DNA of 24,000 bases from the NCBI RefSeq assembly GCF_014384995.1, contig NZ_JACRSY010000017.1:62401-86400 (forward strand), in the 5' to 3' direction. Positions 6,765 through 16,306 of this stretch are shown here, piece after piece. Below the pieces are notes generated by a model. It was not told the origin of the DNA. It was given only the letters and a program-made list of their open reading frames with translations, and did no database searches. How positions within the stretch are numbered: position 1 is the first letter of the stretch; each line of letters opens with the position of its first letter. The stretch comes from Zhenhengia yiwuensis (GTDB lineage: Bacteria; Bacillota; Clostridia; Lachnospirales; Cellulosilyticaceae). The position numbers and the translations under genes were made by a program.

Positions 6765-7469
6765 CATATTAATTCCGTTATTTTTTAACCATTCTTTTCG
6801 CACTTCATAGTCTGGCATAATACTTCCTAGTAAATCCCAGAAGGCTTTTGAATGATCTTTATGATACATGTGGCAGAGCTCATGGACAATGATGTAGTCT
6901 AGTGCATGTGCTTTTGCCATGACACAGCGCCAGTTGAATAAGAGCTCATTGTTAATTGTGCAGCTTCCCCAGCGCTTTTTCTGTTCTTTGATTTTCACTG
7001 TCGTAGGCTTTTTGTCAAAGAAGGCTTGGTAATATTTGAGCCGTTCTTCAATTTGTTCTTTGGTTTTCGCTCTGTACCAATCTTCCATAGTTGCTTTTAT
7101 GAGGAGTTCATCTTTTACTGGTACAGTGACATAGAATTTGCCTCTATAAAGCTTTGTGGATGCTTTTCCTACTGTTTCATCGACTACGATTTGCATGGCA
7201 TAGTTACGCCCTAAGTATACAAAGGCTTCACCATTAACGAATTCTCTAGTAATCTTTTGAGCCTGCATATTTCTAAATGTAAACATCTTTTGTATAAGCC
7301 AACTAGCTTTTTGTTTAACCTTCTGTTTAATGACTTCTTCGGTTGTTCCTATAGGTGCTGTTACTACAATTTTACTTGGTGGCTCTATAGCCATTTCCAT
7401 TGTTTTTCTTTCAGAGTAGGTCACTTCAAAAGTTAAGGCTGTTGTCCCATATTGTAGTGTCAATTCCAT
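6756..7469 (-). CDS. DUF45/YgjP-like (M48/WLM-type) zinc metallohydrolase, 237 aa
   Basis: HExxH in IIVHELCHMYHKDH near the C-terminus. The size and the position just downstream of hsdR are typical of YgjP-like proteins linked to Type I R-M operons. Confidence 0.85.
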   Translation of the reverse strand: MELTLQYGTTALTFEVTYSERKTMEMAIEPPSKIVVTAPIGTTEEVIKQKVKQKASWLIQKMFTFRNMQAQKITREFVNGEAFVYLGRNYAMQIVVDETVGKASTKLYRGKFYVTVPVKDELLIKATMEDWYRAKTKEQIEERLKYYQAFFDKKPTTVKIKEQKKRWGSCTINNELLFNWRCVMAKAHALDYIIVHELCHMYHKDHSKAFWDLLGSIMPDYEVRKEWLKNNGINMNL

Positions 7470-7479
7470 CTTATCGCCT

Positions 7480-10400
7480 CTATTCTAATTCTTTGAAGTG
7501 GGTTTTAGCCAGGTTAAGAAGTGGCTGAATCATCTGGTTAATAATCGGTAACTTCTTGATTGTCTTCATATGATTTTTAATAAGCATCATCTTGATTGCT
7601 CTTTCAATGTCATTTGCTTTTGTAGGATTTGTTACCCAATCAATAAGGTAATGATCTTTAACTACTTGTTTGACATCTTTAGCAATACTCTTTGATAACT
7701 CAATGATATCATTGGAGATATAAACTTCTCCCGAATCCTTAACAACCCCTTCTACACTCTCTTCTTCTAGCAAATACTTTTTCACTACTTCAAAGAATGC
7801 AAACTCTTTTTCATCCAGTCCTAGTGTCTCTGAATGTGACTTTGTACCTTCCATGACTTCTTTTTCAATGAATTCTTCTAACTGTTTCTTACGTTTTACC
7901 CAGTCATGTTCTGTATCATTTAAGAGTTTTTGAAGTTTCTCTAGCAAACTGGTATAAAACACAGGGTTATCATCCATTCTTACTGCAATAGCATGTTTTA
8001 CAGCATGTTCCATAGCTGATGCTTGAGATTCATCTGAATGCATGGTATTAATCTTCATTTTAAAGTCATCTTCAAAGAGAGTAATTGGTGCAATCCACTG
8101 TTGCACACCTAAAGACTTCAGATGTTTTTCAATAATCTCCTTAACCTTTTCTCCACAATCACTAATATCTAAGTTCTGTTCTGGTGTATACTTTGCTTTT
8201 GCAGCCACACGAATATAACTTAGCCATTTCACATCATTGAGAATATCTGCCCCTACATGTGCTGGTAGAAGTGCTTCAACTATACCTTGAAAGGTTTTAT
8301 AACCTATTTCAAACTCAGCTCGCTTATCTTCTGGCTCAATCACTTTGATAAGTTCATCTAAGTTGTTAGGATCTACACCTCTAAACATATTCATGACTGC
8401 TTCACGATAAGAAAGCATTTCTTTGTACAGGTCATCTATAGATTGCATTGGTTTTCCAAGTTCTTCTTTGTCAAAGATGGCTAAAGCTTCTTCCAGATAG
8501 TTGGAAATACCGTAGTAATCTACGACATAGCCACATTGCTTGATGATTTTGTTCTTCTCTATGGTCCCATTTTCTAATTGCTTTTGGATTTCTTGCGTAT
8601 TGGTACGGTTTACCCTTGCTATAGCTTGTAGTAAGTTATGTTCTTTGAGTGGTCTATCTAAATACATGACTTGTTCAATAGGTGCATCGAATCCTGTAAG
8701 TAGCATATCTTTTACAATTAAAAAACATAACTTATCTTTGTCTATTGGCTGTTTGAAATGTTTAATGATTTCTTCTTGTTCAGCCTTTGTGGTAAAGTGT
8801 TCCTTCAAGTGTGGAGGATCATTGTTATCTCCTGAGAAGATGACTCTTACTTCTAGCTCTTCACCAATAATGTCTTTCATATGTTTCTTAAGAGCTCTTT
8901 CATAACGTACACAAGCTTCTCTACTAATACAAACTATTTGAGCCTTAAAGCCATTAGGCATAATGTTATCTCTATAGTGTACTAACATATCTTTAGCAAT
9001 ATCTTCGATGCGGACTTCTGCTTCTGCAATAGCTTTGTTGGTTGCATACTTCTGTTTAATGGCTTCTTTTTCTTCATCTGTTCTATCACTGAACATCTGA
9101 TCAAAGAGTTCATCTAAGCTTTTACCTTCTAGTTGAAGGGCTGGCTTTCTACCTTCATATACAATTTTAACTGTTGCCCCATCTTGTACAGCTTCTTCAA
9201 TACCATATTTATCGATGTAGCCACCAAATGTTCTAGGTGTAGACTTATCTTCTTTATCAATAGGTGTTCCTGTAAAACCTACAAATACTGCATTAGGTAG
9301 TGCGACTCTCATATTGCCTGCTGTATCTTTATATTGGCTACGGTGTGCTTCATCTGTTAGAACAATGACATTCGGTGTAGTCGTTAATACCTCATAAGGT
9401 TTCACAAACTTCTTCTTAACCTTCTTGCCATTTTCAATGACTTCACGTTCTTCTGTCTCACTTTCAAACTTCTGAATAGTCGTCATGATAATTTGAGCTT
9501 TAGCAGCTGATAAAAGCTCTTTCATCTTCACAATTTTATCAGCACGAACTGGCTCTGTTATTTTACAGAGGTTCTTGTAGAAGGTTGCAAAGATTTGTTT
9601 ATCGAGGTCAATACGGTCTGTTACAACCACTATGGTTGAATCCATAAGCCCTTCCATACGTCTAAGCTTTCTTGCTAGGAATACCATTGTCAGTGATTTA
9701 CCACTTCCTTGTGTATGCCATACGACCCCACCACGTCCAATAGAGTTTTTCCCTTTTACCATACGGTCTATTGCCTTATTAACAGCTCTAAACTGCTGGT
9801 AGCGACAGACCTTCTTAATAATACGACCATCATCAGGCTCAAAAAGTAGGAAGTTACGCATCAAGTCAATCAGGTTATGCTTTTCTAGCATGCCTTGAAT
9901 AAAGATATTTTGAGGACTGTTCTCTACATCTTCAATATCTTTCTTTTTGAATGGATAAGGATCTTTCCACTCTACATAGTGATTGTATTGTGAGCTAATA
10001 GTCCCGACATAAGCATGGTATTTATTTAAAATACCTGTAAAGAAGTTGGTATAAAATAGATGTGGTGCACCTTCTCCAAGTGCTTCATCTCGAATATTCA
10101 TATAACGGCAAAGCTGTTCATAACCTTGCTTCTTCCCTACACTGACCTTATTTTGTTTTTCTAAGAAAGGTGATTTACACTCTAAGACTACCACGGGTAT
10201 ACCATTAACAAATACCACAATATCCGGGAAGATACTTTTACCACTCAGTGTCTGAACTTCAAATTGACGCACGACTAGGAAATCATTGTTCAGTGGTTCA
10301 TCCCAGTCAATAAAATGTACTGTATGTTTTTTCTTTAAGCCACTACCATCTAAGTCTTGTTCTACTGTATAAGTAAGGTTCACCATGTCATCATAAAGCT

Positions 10401-10671
10401 TCTCATTAATCTCAAGTAGGCTACTACCCAAATGGTCTGCTGTTTGCAGGTAACGGATTGTTCTCTGTAAATTTCCCTGGCTTATCCAAGGGTTTAAACG
10501 TCGTAAAGCCACTTCTAAATGCTTACTAAGTACCACTTCTCTTAAGGATTCACGTTCCCCTTGTTCAGGTCTTAGCTCTTTACCATGAATATAGGTATAT
10601 CCTAGTATCTCTTTCATATAGTCTACAGCTGGTGCTTCAACTAAGGTTTCTTCATTTCCCAAATAGGACAT
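7480..10671 (-). CDS. hsdR: Type I restriction endonuclease subunit R
   Basis: N-terminal nuclease motif PDIVVFVNGIPVVVLECK, helicase Walker A HTQGSGKSLTM, DEAH box VLTDEAHRSQ, and ~1060 aa length. I prefer the start at 10671 (MSYLGNEE) with RBS GGGGGTGA over the upstream ATG at 10689. Confidence 0.95.
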   Translation of the reverse strand: MSYLGNEETLVEAPAVDYMKEILGYTYIHGKELRPEQGERESLREVVLSKHLEVALRRLNPWISQGNLQRTIRYLQTADHLGSSLLEINEKLYDDMVNLTYTVEQDLDGSGLKKKHTVHFIDWDEPLNNDFLVVRQFEVQTLSGKSIFPDIVVFVNGIPVVVLECKSPFLEKQNKVSVGKKQGYEQLCRYMNIRDEALGEGAPHLFYTNFFTGILNKYHAYVGTISSQYNHYVEWKDPYPFKKKDIEDVENSPQNIFIQGMLEKHNLIDLMRNFLLFEPDDGRIIKKVCRYQQFRAVNKAIDRMVKGKNSIGRGGVVWHTQGSGKSLTMVFLARKLRRMEGLMDSTIVVVTDRIDLDKQIFATFYKNLCKITEPVRADKIVKMKELLSAAKAQIIMTTIQKFESETEEREVIENGKKVKKKFVKPYEVLTTTPNVIVLTDEAHRSQYKDTAGNMRVALPNAVFVGFTGTPIDKEDKSTPRTFGGYIDKYGIEEAVQDGATVKIVYEGRKPALQLEGKSLDELFDQMFSDRTDEEKEAIKQKYATNKAIAEAEVRIEDIAKDMLVHYRDNIMPNGFKAQIVCISREACVRYERALKKHMKDIIGEELEVRVIFSGDNNDPPHLKEHFTTKAEQEEIIKHFKQPIDKDKLCFLIVKDMLLTGFDAPIEQVMYLDRPLKEHNLLQAIARVNRTNTQEIQKQLENGTIEKNKIIKQCGYVVDYYGISNYLEEALAIFDKEELGKPMQSIDDLYKEMLSYREAVMNMFRGVDPNNLDELIKVIEPEDKRAEFEIGYKTFQGIVEALLPAHVGADILNDVKWLSYIRVAAKAKYTPEQNLDISDCGEKVKEIIEKHLKSLGVQQWIAPITLFEDDFKMKINTMHSDESQASAMEHAVKHAIAVRMDDNPVFYTSLLEKLQKLLNDTEHDWVKRKKQLEEFIEKEVMEGTKSHSETLGLDEKEFAFFEVVKKYLLEEESVEGVVKDSGEVYISNDIIELSKSIAKDVKQVVKDHYLIDWVTNPTKANDIERAIKMMLIKNHMKTIKKLPIINQMIQPLLNLAKTHFKELE

Positions 10672-10694
10672 TCTTTCACCCCCATTCAAACTGA

Positions 10695-11936
10695 TTATTT
10701 ATCTGTGGTAACTCTTATCTTTCCTGTTAGAAGTTGTTGCATAAGGCCTTTTTTTAATTCTGTTATTATTTCTTTTTTCTTATAATAACTCTGTAATTTT
10801 TCATCTATCGTATATAAAACATTTACAATTTTTTCTTGTTCTTCTCTAGTTGGTATAAATACTTTAAAGTTTTTAATAATTTCTTGACTAATGTTAGGCT
10901 GTGCTCCCCCAGCGCCTAGCTCAATTAACTTGTCTTTATTAAACTCTAAAGTATAGTACAGATATTCATAATTAACTTTTTCCTCATTACAAATAATACT
11001 ACAACATGCTTGGTTAGTAGTAACTTCTGTTTTATTAATACTTAATTTACCTATTGTTGCACCGTACATAGCTATAATTACTGCATTTACTGGAACTATT
11101 TTTGCAGATGAATTCCTTACGGCCTCTTGTGTTATTTTTTCTTCTGTATCATAAATATATTTATTTGATAGCTCTCCTGTTTTTAGCCATGGAATATTAC
11201 CATTTAAATAATACTCTTTGTTTTTTCTACTAGGTGTTCCCCCACTAGTAGTATTAGCTACTTCTCTAATCAGCTTCACTTCCCACTCTTTAGGAATAAT
11301 ACCTATTTCTGTTTCTTTGAACTCTGTATTCCCTATACCTTTTGTGAGAAGTTGTTGCATCAGACCTTTTTTAAGCTCCTTTGTTTTTTCAATGAGTTGG
11401 TCTACATTGTCAATTTGTTCATCTACAGTTGATAGGATATCAGCTATTTTTTGCTGTTCTTGGAGTGGTGGGTAATATAATGGTAGGTTTTTGAAAACAT
11501 TGTAACTAATTTGCTTCCCATCTCTTATCCCAATAACAGAACTACTTAAACTATCAATAAACTTCTTACTTTTGAATAAATACTTATAATAATTAGAATG
11601 TATATTTATTTTGTTATTCAATATCGTATACGCTGGACTTACTATTCCCCTTATTCCTGAGTACTCTAATCCCCCCTGAAAAGAACGAAGGCTTATAATA
11701 AAGTTACCTTTTTCAACTAATTTATAGCTTTCAATACTTTTATCTGAAGTTTTAATATCTATACCACACTCATCTCTATACATTGTTCCTCTATCTTGAG
11801 TTACTGCAAGTATAGGTTCTTTGGGGTAACCTTTTAATGCCACATTTTCAAACACTTCTCCTGCTTTCTTTATATCCCACTCATTAGGAATAAGTCCTAA
11901 TTCTGTATTTTTGAAGCCATCCTTTACAGTCTTCAT
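10695..11936 (-). CDS. hsdS: Type I R-M specificity subunit S with two target-recognition domains
   Basis: Two TRDs, each followed by a conserved spacer repeat LKKGLMQQLLT (central and C-terminal), plus central PPLQEQQKIADILS. I prefer the start at 11936 (MKTVKDG) with RBS AGGAGGA. The upstream ATG at 11963 lies inside the hsdM 3' end. Confidence 0.9.
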   Translation of the reverse strand: MKTVKDGFKNTELGLIPNEWDIKKAGEVFENVALKGYPKEPILAVTQDRGTMYRDECGIDIKTSDKSIESYKLVEKGNFIISLRSFQGGLEYSGIRGIVSPAYTILNNKINIHSNYYKYLFKSKKFIDSLSSSVIGIRDGKQISYNVFKNLPLYYPPLQEQQKIADILSTVDEQIDNVDQLIEKTKELKKGLMQQLLTKGIGNTEFKETEIGIIPKEWEVKLIREVANTTSGGTPSRKNKEYYLNGNIPWLKTGELSNKYIYDTEEKITQEAVRNSSAKIVPVNAVIIAMYGATIGKLSINKTEVTTNQACCSIICNEEKVNYEYLYYTLEFNKDKLIELGAGGAQPNISQEIIKNFKVFIPTREEQEKIVNVLYTIDEKLQSYYKKKEIITELKKGLMQQLLTGKIRVTTDK

Positions 11937-11949
11937 ACTTATTCCTCCT

Positions 11950-13467
11950 TTATATAATGTCAAATCCTAATTCCTTAAGGTAGCCATTTAGTCTTTGTTG
12001 TGTATTTTTTTCTCTTTCACTAAGTTGCTTAATTTCTTTAATTACATCATTAATATTTACTTGCTCTTCTTCCTCACTTGTATCAACATAACGCGATATA
12101 TTAAGGTTGTACTCGTTATCTTCTAGCTGTGAAATCGATACTACTTTAGAATATTTATCTATATCTTCATATTTTTCAAAGGTGGATATTATCTTAGCTA
12201 TATCTTCTTCTCGTAATACATTTTTAGTTTTCTCTTTACTAAACTCATTGCTAGCATCTATGAATAAGACTTTTTCTTTACGTTCTATAGGTTTATTCTT
12301 ATTCAGTACGATAATAGCTGCTGGAATGCTTGTGCCATAAAAGACATTTTGTGGAATACCAATAATAGCTTCTACTAGGTCATCTTTTAAGAATCCTGTA
12401 CGGATCTTTGCCTCAGCACCACCTCTAAAGAGTACACCATGAGGTACTACTGTAGCCATTTTACCTTTTGCATTTAGGCTTGTTACCATATGAGATACGA
12501 ATGCCAGATCACCATAGCTTTTTGGTGGAATACCATAAGGGAAGCGGTGAAAGGCATCACTTGCAGCTTCTTCAGCTCCCCAGTTTTTAAGTGAGAATGG
12601 TGGGTTTGCTAATACCTTATCAAAAGCTTTTAGTACACCACCTTCTGTATGCATTGGTGTACGGATCGTATCCCCTTTTTGGATATCCGCACCTTTAGCA
12701 CCATGGAATAGCATATTCATCTTACAAATAGCCCAAGTTGATAGGTTAATCTCTTGACCAAATAGTGAAATATTCTTGTGATTGCCACCATGTTTTTTGA
12801 TGTATTCTAAACTTTGAATAAGCATACCACCAGAACCACATGTTGGGTCATAGATACGGTCGCCCTCTACTGGTTTTAAGATACCTACCATTGTTTTAAC
12901 TACTTCTGTTGGTGTATAGAATTCTCCACCTTTAGCTCCGCCATCATCAGCAAACTTTTTGATTAAATATTGGTAAGCATCACCTAACATATCTTCTGAT
13001 TCTAGGTTACTATTTGCTAGTTTCATGCTGCTAAATAGGATTAACATTTGTGATAGCTTTTTATCCGATACACGTTCCTTGTCATTGTAGTTAGTTGTTG
13101 TAAGTACACCAATAAGCTCACTATTTCTAGGCTCGTCCTCTAGTGCTTTAAACGCCTTGTCTAGTGCTGGTCCAATGTTTAGTGATAAATCCTTTAGCTT
13201 AGCCCATCTAGCCGCTTCTGGTACATAGAAGGTCTCATATAAAGAGGCATCATTAAGTAACTCTGTGATCGTTTCATCATCAAGCCCTTGCTCTTTAAAT
13301 TCGGCTTCGTGCTTTGCTTTTTCTTCATCAAATTCATCATTAAGACGCTTTAAGAAAAGCATACCAAAGATATAGTCCTTGTATTGAGCTGCATTAAGCT
13401 CACCTCTTAATATATCTGCACATTCCCATAGCTTTGACTCTAGTTCTTGTAGTGTTAGTAGTACCAT
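11950..13467 (-). CDS. hsdM: Type I R-M N6-adenine DNA methyltransferase subunit M
   Basis: HsdM N-terminal pattern [29 protein letters not shown] motif [11 protein letters not shown], catalytic motif IV NPPF. RBS TTGGAGG. A possible extended -10 (TGATAAAAT) lies at 13512..13504. Confidence 0.95.
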   Translation of the reverse strand: MVLLTLQELESKLWECADILRGELNAAQYKDYIFGMLFLKRLNDEFDEEKAKHEAEFKEQGLDDETITELLNDASLYETFYVPEAARWAKLKDLSLNIGPALDKAFKALEDEPRNSELIGVLTTTNYNDKERVSDKKLSQMLILFSSMKLANSNLESEDMLGDAYQYLIKKFADDGGAKGGEFYTPTEVVKTMVGILKPVEGDRIYDPTCGSGGMLIQSLEYIKKHGGNHKNISLFGQEINLSTWAICKMNMLFHGAKGADIQKGDTIRTPMHTEGGVLKAFDKVLANPPFSLKNWGAEEAASDAFHRFPYGIPPKSYGDLAFVSHMVTSLNAKGKMATVVPHGVLFRGGAEAKIRTGFLKDDLVEAIIGIPQNVFYGTSIPAAIIVLNKNKPIERKEKVLFIDASNEFSKEKTKNVLREEDIAKIISTFEKYEDIDKYSKVVSISQLEDNEYNLNISRYVDTSEEEEQVNINDVIKEIKQLSEREKNTQQRLNGYLKELGFDII

Positions 13468-13608
13468 GTTTCAGCCTCCAATTTTTCGCATAGTATTAGT
13501 ACTATTTTATCACTTTTTGTCGTAGTTTTATAGTTAAACATTGTTTTTTACATTAAAATAAGGCCTAGCCTAACTAAGCCTTTAAACAATATTCTTTGTC
13601 CCTAACTT

Positions 13609-13995
13609 TTATCCAAATAATTTTTCTATTAAAAACATCCCCACCGTTAGTAAGGGCATACATAGTAAACCTTGTATCTTTCCTGATGTATATATATCTT
13701 TATTTTCGATAAGAGCAGCATATGCAATTCCAAACAATACTAGGATTATTGGATAAAATAATTCATCAACAATAGGGAACGCTGACATTTGCATGCTTTT
13801 ATTTATAAATAGAACCGTAGTTCCATATGATATTATGCTTAAGATCCCCCATATAAATCTTGCCAAATTGTCACTTTCAACAAATTCCCCTTTATTTACT
13901 TCATAAACAATACTTACAAAATATTTAATGGTCATTAGCACCGGTAAGAGTATAATAATATAGTAGAGTAATTTTAAAGCTATAGTTATATCCAT
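13609..13995 (-). CDS. Integral membrane protein, 128 aa, about 4 TM helices
   Basis: RBS GGGGGGA and strongly hydrophobic segments throughout. No functional motif. Confidence 0.6.
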   Translation of the reverse strand: MDITIALKLLYYIIILLPVLMTIKYFVSIVYEVNKGEFVESDNLARFIWGILSIISYGTTVLFINKSMQMSAFPIVDELFYPIILVLFGIAYAALIENKDIYTSGKIQGLLCMPLLTVGMFLIEKLFG

Positions 13996-14275
13996 AACTT
14001 ATCCCCCCTTCACTATTATCTATATTCTAGCTTGTACAAATTATTCGTTAAATAAATGTATAAACTCTTACACAAATCTTCTTACCCTTAGTAACCAACT
14101 ATCTCAGTGTCTTGTCTAATCTTCTAATTGTTCCTCCACTTCTATCATCTATAACTTTTCACACAACCTATTCAAAATCTACACAACTCTTTCCCTTAGT
14201 ATTTTTTCATCATATCCCTTGCTATTAACTCTTTACAGAGCTAACATGTAGTACTACCTGAAAGAAGGTATTATA

Positions 14276-14650
14276 ATGCGTCAAAGACCTTTACTAAGTG
14301 TGACCATTCTGTATGAGACACCACTAGATCCAAATCTCTGCAAGAAATTACTTGCATATTTTAAGCCTTATGAACACTCTACTCCCATCGAGATTAAGGG
14401 TATTCATTCTGTAAGTAAAATTATACGCATTCCTAGAGCATCATGGAATCCAGCCTTTGATACTGAATTTACTTACCTTATACGAACTCCCAATCAACTC
14501 TATGACATACTTCTTAAGCTGATTGATCTTGCGTTAAAGCTTCTTAATGAAATTGGATATCATGATATAGCTGATACGCTTACGATTCTTGTCCCTTTTG
14601 CTCCAAACGATGACCTCTCCTACACTTTCAAGTGGAAACTTCTCTACTAA
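14276..14650 (+). CDS. Hypothetical protein, 124 aa
   Basis: The only plausible plus-strand ORF here. RBS GAAAGAAGG, followed by a hairpin at 14655-14692. Confidence 0.55.
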   Translation: MRQRPLLSVTILYETPLDPNLCKKLLAYFKPYEHSTPIEIKGIHSVSKIIRIPRASWNPAFDTEFTYLIRTPNQLYDILLKLIDLALKLLNEIGYHDIADTLTILVPFAPNDDLSYTFKWKLLY

Positions 14651-14654
14651 GCAC

Positions 14655-14932
14655 TTAGACTACTTATCACTTTTAAATGGTAAGTAGTCTAAATCTTTGT
14701 CACTCTTTCAAAATCAATTCATTTCAATCCCTAAAACCCTTATGTATCAAGGCTTGATATACATTTACGCAAATATCTGATTTACGCGCTTTTGTGTACC
14801 CCCATAGTCTTTGGGAACATCAAAATATGTTCCCTCACACGTATTAACACACTAAAAAAGGCTAGAGCAAATTGCTCTAAGCATTGGTATTACTTACTTT
14901 TCTTTAACTAGGTATGCAATCGTCTCAACGTG
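14655..14932. repeat. Direct repeat copy 1: diverged duplicate of the rlmD 3' end plus its downstream region
   Basis: Hairpin TTAGACTACTTA/TAAGTAGTCTAA (14655-14692) matches 17414-17447. Block 14763-14932 (TTTACGCAAATATCTGATTT..GTGTACCCCC..GGCTAGAGCAAATTGCTCTA..TTTCTTTAACTAGGTATGCAATCGTCTCAACGTG) aligns with 17746-17917. Confidence 0.8.
14894..14932 (-). pseudogene. Orphan 3' remnant of rlmD (last 12 codons plus stop)
   Basis: The minus strand reads CAC GTT GAG ACG ATT GCA TAC CTA GTT AAA GAA AAG TAA = HVETIAYLVKEK*, against HVETIAYLVKEN* at the end of the intact gene. Homology stops abruptly at 14932/14933. Confidence 0.8.
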
Positions 14933-14977
14933 TAATAGCTAGTCTAAACTACAAGTATATTAATACTTCTTTCTTAT

Positions 14978-15844
14978 TTAATATCTTATTTTAAAATCCA
15001 TTTCTTCTACATTTTCTTTTAACCTATTTATATCATATTCCATAGAATTTATATCTCTTCCAATAGAACTTATTTCTCGTTCAATAGAATCTATGTCATT
15101 TTGAAGTATATAATTATGTTCTTCTTGATCTGATATCTTACCTCTTAGTCTACTGATATCTGATTCTACATAATATATTCTATCTTCGAACTCAGTTTTC
15201 ATTTCATCTATCTGTCTTTCTAAATAATCATAATTATCTTGTATGATTAACAATTCACGTGTAACCCTATCTATCTCATTGCCATCATTATCTACATATA
15301 GTTTTTCTGCTTTATTTCCACACTCTCTACATGTAGGTATTTTCTCACTTTTTAACAGCTCAAAAATATTGTTTTTACAGCTGCATACCTCTTTTAGTGA
15401 AACATAGTCATCACATTTAATATCTCGAATATCACTTCCACACTCTAGGCACTTAACTTTAGGTGTTTTATACGTACTATCTATAACAAAAAATCTACTT
15501 TCGCACTGTTCACATTTTACTGTATTAAGTAAGTGTTCTCTTTCCTCTTCTGTAATTTCATTTCCTTTATCATCTATGGCTATCCATTCTATTTCTTGAT
15601 TGCATTTACCACATTTTATTTTCTTAATAGTTATCTTGTCTAAATTATCAATTTTACTTATTTTAAATGATCCATCTAAACAATTACAATGTTTTTTCAG
15701 ACCTCTATACTCTTTAGGTTTAACCGTGATCTTGACCTCATTACATTTTTGGCAAACAAATTTTATAAATCCTTTTTCTTCTTCTTTTAAAAACTTAACC
15801 TCATGACATACATCACAACTAAAAGTAGTTACCATCTTATTCAT
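14978..15844 (-). CDS. Multi-zinc-ribbon plus coiled-coil protein, 288 aa
   Basis: Four Cys pairs-of-pairs: CxxC-16-CxxC, CxC-22-CxxC, CxxC-17-CxxC, CxC-15-CxxC. This forms an internal two-fold duplication, each half ending in D(D/N)(K/D)GNEI..E.LL. The C-terminal ~90 aa is a heptad-like charged repeat (DISRLRGKISD..DIDSIEREISSIGRDINSMEYDINRLKENVEEM). Confidence 0.8.
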   Translation of the reverse strand: MNKMVTTFSCDVCHEVKFLKEEEKGFIKFVCQKCNEVKITVKPKEYRGLKKHCNCLDGSFKISKIDNLDKITIKKIKCGKCNQEIEWIAIDDKGNEITEEEREHLLNTVKCEQCESRFFVIDSTYKTPKVKCLECGSDIRDIKCDDYVSLKEVCSCKNNIFELLKSEKIPTCRECGNKAEKLYVDNDGNEIDRVTRELLIIQDNYDYLERQIDEMKTEFEDRIYYVESDISRLRGKISDQEEHNYILQNDIDSIEREISSIGRDINSMEYDINRLKENVEEMDFKIRY

Positions 15845-15861
15845 GCACTCCCCCTAATCTT

Positions 15862-16218
15862 TTATTCATACTCTATTTTTTTTACATATAAATAAGGCAC
15901 TTCTTTTAATCCATAATAGCGATCTTCCTCCTCTTGTGAAAAATGATATCTACATTTCATTACCTCATACACTTTGCAACTTGCTGTTTCTTTAATTAAA
16001 TGCTCATTATTTGTTTGTTTTAAGAAGTCAACAAACTCCGGTGTAGTCTGATGTAAATACTTAATTTCAGCAGTGTATCCCTCTGAAGCATATACCTCTA
16101 GCTCCATCTCATGTAATCCATTAATGATTTCATTTCTTAACGTGTTAATTTGTCTCTTTACTACTACTTCTTCACATTTAAGTCTGTAATATTCCTCTAA
16201 GGTTTTGACATCGAACAT
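15862..16218 (-). CDS. Hypothetical protein, 118 aa
   Basis: RBS AGGAGAG. The stop lies 17 nt before the start of the zinc-ribbon gene, suggesting co-transcription. No motif recognised. Confidence 0.7.
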   Translation of the reverse strand: MFDVKTLEEYYRLKCEEVVVKRQINTLRNEIINGLHEMELEVYASEGYTAEIKYLHQTTPEFVDFLKQTNNEHLIKETASCKVYEVMKCRYHFSQEEEDRYYGLKEVPYLYVKKIEYE

Positions 16219-16306
16219 ATTATTCTCTCCTACAATGGATTATCAATCCATTTATATGAATTGTTGGCCTGTCATTATTACAACTTTTATATTAACCCTC
16301 TAATAG

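Noticed and set aside
10695-11936. Possible phase-variable or shufflable hsdS (internal LKKGLMQQLLT-coding repeats at ~10715-10775 and ~11340-11400)
   Set aside because: These repeats are the normal conserved spacers of every two-TRD HsdS. There is no extra silent hsdS copy, no inverted hsdS fragment, no simple-sequence tract, and no adjacent invertase.
7026-12340. Plus-strand ORFs 7026..7214, 8540..8905, 11218..11475 and 12107..12340
   Set aside because: All lie antisense inside the DUF45, hsdR, hsdS and hsdM genes, whose motifs are unambiguous. They are shadow ORFs.
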